NCBI GenBank assembly: GCA_039588075.1
Contig: JBDHAL010000011.1
Coordinates: 1-58,214, forward strand
Direction: 5' to 3'
DNA from: Gemmatimonadota bacterium
GTDB lineage: Bacteria; Gemmatimonadota; Gemmatimonadetes; Palauibacterales; KS3-K002
DNA length: 58,214 nt
The notes below the pieces were generated by a model that saw only the letters and a list, made by a program, of their open reading frames with translations, searched no databases and was not told where the DNA came from. Positions 53,714-58,214 of the stretch are shown in pieces (the stretch's first letter is position 1; the number at the start of each line of letters is the position of its first letter). A program made the translations under genes and the position numbers.

Positions 53714-55321
53714 TCAGTCCACCTGCTCGTCCGGCTGGCGGGCTTCCTCGTCGACGTCGACCCGCTCTTCATGCCACAACCGATCCCAGCCAGCTTCCTC
53801 GCCTTCAACCAGCCGGGAGTCGACCTCTTGCTTGAGCTCGCGCCAGACCTCTTCGCTCAGCAGGCCGCGGCGCAAGGCTTCGTCCAGCGCGGTACGCTCA
53901 GCGGCGAACACCTGCGCGCTAACCCGCGCTAGCTGGCGGCCGGCCACGGCTCTGTGGTCCTCGGTCAGCCCGGCCAGCGCCGCCGAACCCTCGCCGAGCG
54001 CGCCCTCGAAGTACTCCCTCAGCCTTCCGTACAAAAGCTCCGACATTTCGCCCCGGCTGTAAAGCTCGTTCAGCTCGACCAGGGCCGCCCGGGCGGCGAT
54101 CACCTGGCCCTGGGCCTTCTCGAACTCGCCCTGCTCGTCCGACCGGCTAACCAGGCCCAGGGAGCGGAGCAGCGGCTTGATCGTCAGTCCCTGGAGGATC
54201 AGAGACAAAAACACGGCGCCCAGCGTGACCGACTGCAGTCGCGTGACCTGCGGGACACTCGAAGACAGGCCAAGGGCGAGCGCCACCGGGATGCTACCGC
54301 GCACGCCGCCCCAGTTGGCGACGTGTAGCCAGCTCGTCGGCATGTAGCGATTTGACCGCAGCTTGTATATCCCGAGAATCCCGTACACCGCGATCGCCCG
54401 AGCAACGAGCATGACGGCGAACACGAGAGCAATTTGCCCGCCGTAGCTCAGCAGGTGGCCGCGCTCGAGGGTCAACCCGATGAGCAGGAAGAGCAGCCCG
54501 TTGAGGAGAAACGTCCCCACCTCCCAGAAGTGATTGAGGCTGAGACGCGTGCTGGGGCTCATCGAGAAGACGCGGCCGTAGTTGCCGATGATCAGGCCGG
54601 CGACTACGGTGGCGATGACGCCGGACACTTCCAGCCGTTCTGCCAACAAGTAGGAGCCGTACGCGAGTACGACGGAGAGCCCCACCTCGATCAGGTTGTC
54701 ATCGATGACGCTGTACAGCCGGTGCGTCAGATATCCCAGCGCCGCGCCTACCAGCGCGCCGCCGGCGACGACCTTCACGAACTCGATCGATGCGCTCACG
54801 ACCGTGACCGGCTCCCCGTGCAGCACCTCGAGGACGATCAGGTAGAGGACCACGGCGATCCCGTCATTGAAGACCGACTCGCCCTCGACGATCGTGCGGA
54901 GGCCGCGCGCTACTCCGTACTCCTTGAAGAGAGACAGTACCGACACGGGGTCGGTGGGGCTGAGCATGACGCCGAGCAGTGCGGCCAGTGGAACGGGCAG
55001 GCCGAGAAACCTGTTGAACGCCAGCGTCAAGAGCGTGACCGAGACCAGCGTGCCGACCAGCGCCAGCAGCCCGACCGGCGTGGCGTACTTTCGCAGCACC
55101 TCGAGGTCCATGTCGATGGCGCCCTCGAAGAGCAGCGGCGGCAGAAACAGAAACAGCCACAGCGTGGGAGCCACCGGCGGGGCGGCGACATCGGGTAGCA
55201 ATCCCACGCCGACGCCGGCGATGACCAGCGCGATCGTGTAGGGCAAGCGCACATATTTGACGACGATTGCGACGATGATGGCGAGAAGCAGCAGTTCTAC
55301 GATCAGGATTGTCTGGCTCAT
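53714..55321 (-). CDS. Na+(K+)/H+ antiporter, CPA1 (NhaP-type) family
   Basis: 535 aa with about 12 TM segments. Blocks such as LFLPPLLFEGA, SPTDPVSV and ESVFNDGIAVVLY, plus a C-terminal cytoplasmic helical domain, are typical of NhaP/YjcE-like exchangers. Confidence 0.85.
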   Translation of the reverse strand: MSQTILIVELLLLAIIVAIVVKYVRLPYTIALVIAGVGVGLLPDVAAPPVAPTLWLFLFLPPLLFEGAIDMDLEVLRKYATPVGLLALVGTLVSVTLLTLAFNRFLGLPVPLAALLGVMLSPTDPVSVLSLFKEYGVARGLRTIVEGESVFNDGIAVVLYLIVLEVLHGEPVTVVSASIEFVKVVAGGALVGAALGYLTHRLYSVIDDNLIEVGLSVVLAYGSYLLAERLEVSGVIATVVAGLIIGNYGRVFSMSPSTRLSLNHFWEVGTFLLNGLLFLLIGLTLERGHLLSYGGQIALVFAVMLVARAIAVYGILGIYKLRSNRYMPTSWLHVANWGGVRGSIPVALALGLSSSVPQVTRLQSVTLGAVFLSLILQGLTIKPLLRSLGLVSRSDEQGEFEKAQGQVIAARAALVELNELYSRGEMSELLYGRLREYFEGALGEGSAALAGLTEDHRAVAGRQLARVSAQVFAAERTALDEALRRGLLSEEVWRELKQEVDSRLVEGEEAGWDRLWHEERVDVDEEARQPDEQVD

Positions 55322-55386
55322 TTGCCTAAGCTAGGGCTTTCGACGCTGAACGTCGACGTTCGACAGCTAACGCCGAATGTTGATGG

Positions 55387-55635
55387 GACATCGGACAGCG
55401 GTCAGCCGTCGCTCGATTGTCGAGTTGGACTCTTCGCTCGGCGGTCGACGTACGACGTTCGAGTTTCGACGCTCGTGATCGGAACCGCCAGATCGATCAG
55501 CCGATCCTGCAAATCATGGGTGTCGCGCCACCTCGTCGATTCGCCCAATCTCCCCTCCTCGCTGTACGTCGAAGATCGGCCGTCGAGCGACGAGCGAAGA
55601 GTCCAACTCGGCCGTCGAGCGACGGCTGACCGCTG
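55387..55635. repeat. family-A element, copy 7 (right terminus degenerate)
   Basis: GACATCGGACAGCGGTCAGCCGTCGCTCGATTGTCGAGTTGGACTCTTCGCTCG... to ...CGAGCGAAGAGTCCAACTCGGCCGTCGAGCGACGGCTGACCGCTG. It lies in the divergent region between the antiporter and the ABC genes. Confidence 0.8.
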
Positions 55636-55723
55636 ATGGCTGTTCCTTCAACAATCACCATTTACCATTCAACATTCGATGTTCCCCTTGCGGTGTTTTA
55701 TCCGCTGGAATAGCATCGCAGCC

Positions 55724-56644
55724 ATGAACGATTCGGATTCTCTCGCGATCAGGCTCGCCGGCATCTCCAAGAGCTACGGGGGCAAGCTGGCCGTGGACGG
55801 GCTCGACCTGGAGATTCCGCGGGCGACGATCTGCGGGATGCTGGGGCCGAACGGAGCCGGCAAGACGACGACGATCCGAATCATCCTCGACATCATAGGA
55901 CCCGATCGGGGCGCGGTGGAAGTTCTGGGCGGATCGCTGACCGATGAACTGCGCGATCGCATCGGCTACCTGCCGGAAGAGCGCGGTCTCTACAGCAAGA
56001 TGAAGGTGCTGGAGCACCTGACATTCTTGGGAGAGATCAAGGGAACGCCGCGGCGCGTGGCTAGGGAGCGCGCTTCCGGATGGCTCGACCGTCTCGATTT
56101 GAGCGACTGGGCGGAAAAGCGGGTGGACGAGCTATCGCGGGGAATGCAGCAGAAGGTGCAGTTTATCGCCACGGTGCTGCACGAGCCGGAGTTGCTCATC
56201 CTGGACGAGCCCTTCTCCGGTCTCGATCCGCTGAACGTGGACACTTTGAAGCAAATTGTGATCGAGCAGCACAGCCGAGGCGCGACGGTGCTCTTTTCGA
56301 CGCACAACATGGATCAGGCGGAGCGGCTTTGTGAACGGGTGGTGATGATAAAGGACGCCCGCAAAGTGCTGGATGGTTTGCTGACCGAGATAAAGCGGGA
56401 GGCATGGCTGGAAGGCCACCGCCAGATCCTGTTGTCGATCGAAGGGAATGGCAGCCTGCTGGAGGATCGCTCCCTGATCGAGAGCGTCGAGGATCGCGGC
56501 ACACACGTCGCCGTGTCATTGAGGGATGGAGTCGAGCCACAGCAACTACTGGAAGCGGCGGTTCGAGCGGGTGTCATCGTCCACCGATTCGAGGTCAGCG
56601 AACCCTCACTTCACGACATATTCGTGACTCGTGCAAGTGAATAA
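55724..56644 (+). CDS. ABC transporter ATP-binding protein (ABC-2/NatA-like)
   Basis: The preferred start is the Met at 55724 (MNDSDSLAIRLAGISKSYGG). Walker A GPNGAGKTT, signature LSRGMQQK and Walker B LLILDEP are present. Confidence 0.9.
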   Translation: MNDSDSLAIRLAGISKSYGGKLAVDGLDLEIPRATICGMLGPNGAGKTTTIRIILDIIGPDRGAVEVLGGSLTDELRDRIGYLPEERGLYSKMKVLEHLTFLGEIKGTPRRVARERASGWLDRLDLSDWAEKRVDELSRGMQQKVQFIATVLHEPELLILDEPFSGLDPLNVDTLKQIVIEQHSRGATVLFSTHNMDQAERLCERVVMIKDARKVLDGLLTEIKREAWLEGHRQILLSIEGNGSLLEDRSLIESVEDRGTHVAVSLRDGVEPQQLLEAAVRAGVIVHRFEVSEPSLHDIFVTRASE

Positions 56645-57890
56645 GCTCGTCGCCATCATCCGTCGCGAGTACGTCGCTCGAGTGCGAAGCAAGTGGTTCA
56701 TCATCACAACGATACTGGCGCCCGTGCTTCTCGTCGGCGCGATGGCGTTGCCGGTGCTGCTCGCCACACGCCAGGTGCAGCGGGCGACCGAGATCAGCGT
56801 GGTGGACGAGACCGGACTCCTCACACAAGAACTATTGCAGACGGAGCCGTTCGAGGAAGGTCGCCTCTTGTACCGACCACCACCGCGCGGCGACGCCGAG
56901 ACCGTGCGGGAGGCGCTGCGCCAAAAGGTGCTCAACCAGGAGATCGCCGGATACCTATACGTGCCGGCCGACGTGGAGGAAGGCGCGCGTTGCGAATATT
57001 GGGGCCGCGAAGGCGCTCAATCCGCCGTACGGGCAAACCTCGGATCGGCGATCAACACGGCAGTCCGCAGATTACAGGCGCGGCAACTGGGCCTCGAGCC
57101 CGAGGCGGCGGAGCGGCTATCCCGGACGATAAGGTTGGAGAGCTACCGCGTGACCGATGAAGGTGCGGCGCGGGAGCAGGGCAAGACGGTCATTCTCGCG
57201 CACGTGCTCAGCCTATTGATATACACGGTCGTGCTGCTGTATGGAGCGATGATGCTGCGGGCCGCGGTGGCCGAGAAGGCGAGCAAGACGGTGGAGATCA
57301 TCCTGTCGAGCGTGCGGCCGTGGCAACTGATGCTTGGCAAGACGCTGGGCGTCGGGGCGGTGGGGCTGACGCAGATCGGGGTGTGGCTCGTCTTCATCGG
57401 TATCCTTTTGCTCTACGCGGCCAGCGCTCAGACCTTCACAGAAATGAACTTCCTGGAGAACCTACCTCTTGGATTCGACACGCTGTACATCTTCCTCGGG
57501 CTGTTCCTGACCGGATATTTCTTATTCGCCGGCATGTACGCATCGACGGGCGCCATAGCCAGCACGGAACAGGAGGCCGCGCAGCTCCAGCTCCCCGTCA
57601 CCCTTCTGGCGATCATTCCCATCCTCGTGATACCAATCGTGCTGGAGGCGCCGGCCAGCACGGCGAGCAGGGTACTGTCATGGATACCGACATTCACGCC
57701 CGTGCTGTTCCTGGCGCGCTACGTGCTCGGCGCCGTCGCGGCCTGGGAGATCCCGCTGGTGTTCGCCACCCAGGTCCTGGCGATCTTGTTCGTCGCCTGG
57801 ATCGGCGGCCGCATCTACCGGGTCGGTCTGCTGATGACCGGCAAGCGGCCGAGCCTGCCGGAGCTGATCCGCTGGGTGAGGCACGGATGA
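56631..57890 (+). CDS. ABC-2 family transporter permease (NatB-like)
   Basis: 419 aa. An N-terminal TM is followed by a large extracytoplasmic loop and five C-terminal TM helices. It overlaps the ATPase gene stop, indicating translational coupling. Confidence 0.8.
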   Translation: MQVNKLVAIIRREYVARVRSKWFIITTILAPVLLVGAMALPVLLATRQVQRATEISVVDETGLLTQELLQTEPFEEGRLLYRPPPRGDAETVREALRQKVLNQEIAGYLYVPADVEEGARCEYWGREGAQSAVRANLGSAINTAVRRLQARQLGLEPEAAERLSRTIRLESYRVTDEGAAREQGKTVILAHVLSLLIYTVVLLYGAMMLRAAVAEKASKTVEIILSSVRPWQLMLGKTLGVGAVGLTQIGVWLVFIGILLLYAASAQTFTEMNFLENLPLGFDTLYIFLGLFLTGYFLFAGMYASTGAIASTEQEAAQLQLPVTLLAIIPILVIPIVLEAPASTASRVLSWIPTFTPVLFLARYVLGAVAAWEIPLVFATQVLAILFVAWIGGRIYRVGLLMTGKRPSLPELIRWVRHG

Positions 57891-57921
57891 AGTCCTCCGA
57901 CGCGCCCCAGGGTGGCGATCT

Positions 57922-58214
57922 GTGAGCAAGCGAGAGCCAACGATCCTGGAAGCGTTGCTCCCCTTCGTGGTGATGGCCGTGCTTCTGGGGGTGGGCTACG
58001 GCGTCTATCGACTGCGCATCGAGGTACTGCTCATCGTGGCGGCGGCGGTGGCCGGCCTTGTCGCTTCACGCCTGGGCTACGACTGGGCCGAGCTTCAGGC
58101 CGGCATCATCGAAGGGATCGCCAAGGCCCTGCCGGCCGTGATGATCCTGGTGAGCGTAGGTGCGCTGATCAGCACGTGGATCGCGGCGGGCACCATCCCG
58201 ATGCTTGTCCGCCT
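57922..58214 (+). CDS. Na+/H+ antiporter NhaC-family protein, N-terminal fragment (3' end outside window)
   Basis: GTG at 57922. VSKREPTILEALLPFVVMAVLLGVGYGVY...GIAKALPAVMILVSVGALISTWIAAGTIPML resembles NhaC N-termini. The frame is open to the window edge. Confidence 0.55.
   Translation, partial: MSKREPTILEALLPFVVMAVLLGVGYGVYRLRIEVLLIVAAAVAGLVASRLGYDWAELQAGIIEGIAKALPAVMILVSVGALISTWIAAGTIPMLVR

Overview
GC-rich chromosomal segment (about two-thirds G+C by eye, not computed). The gene content suggests a Gemmatimonadota/Acidobacteriota-like bacterium (inference). It includes two ADOP 'duplicated orphan permeases', an Alternative Complex III operon, a Ser/Thr kinase fused to TolB-like propellers, and a BNR/sortilin protein. 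I support about 46 protein-coding genes and four clustered tRNAs (Gly-UCC, Val-CAC, Gly-CCC, Cys-GCA). Housekeeping genes include metH, fabH, an M19 dipeptidase homologue, a CPA1 antiporter, an ABC-2 exporter pair and a partial NhaC. I saw no rRNA, CRISPR array, transposase, integrase or recognisable defence system. Main points worth a second look: (1) A family of 200-290 bp nested-inverted-repeat intergenic elements, 8 copies in 58 kb, mostly wedged between convergent stop codons. (2) A second repeat family, tandem 7-nt GGTNAYC arrays forming hairpins at gene ends and throughout the tRNA cluster. (3) Two tandem diverged copies of a 4-gene minor-pilin cassette (FimT/GspH-, PilV/GspI-, PilW/GspJ-, PilX/GspK-like). 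Each ends in an unusually large (645/683 aa) Cys-paired PilX-like protein and is followed by a family-A repeat. There is also an orphan pilW/pilX-like pair and a membrane-anchored double-FHA protein nearby. (4) Frame disruptions in actB and in a PKD-domain gene, which may be genuine decay or assembly error. (5) A structured metH leader with a terminator-like hairpin abutting the start codon. All functional calls come from reading the translated ORFs by eye. No database search was run.
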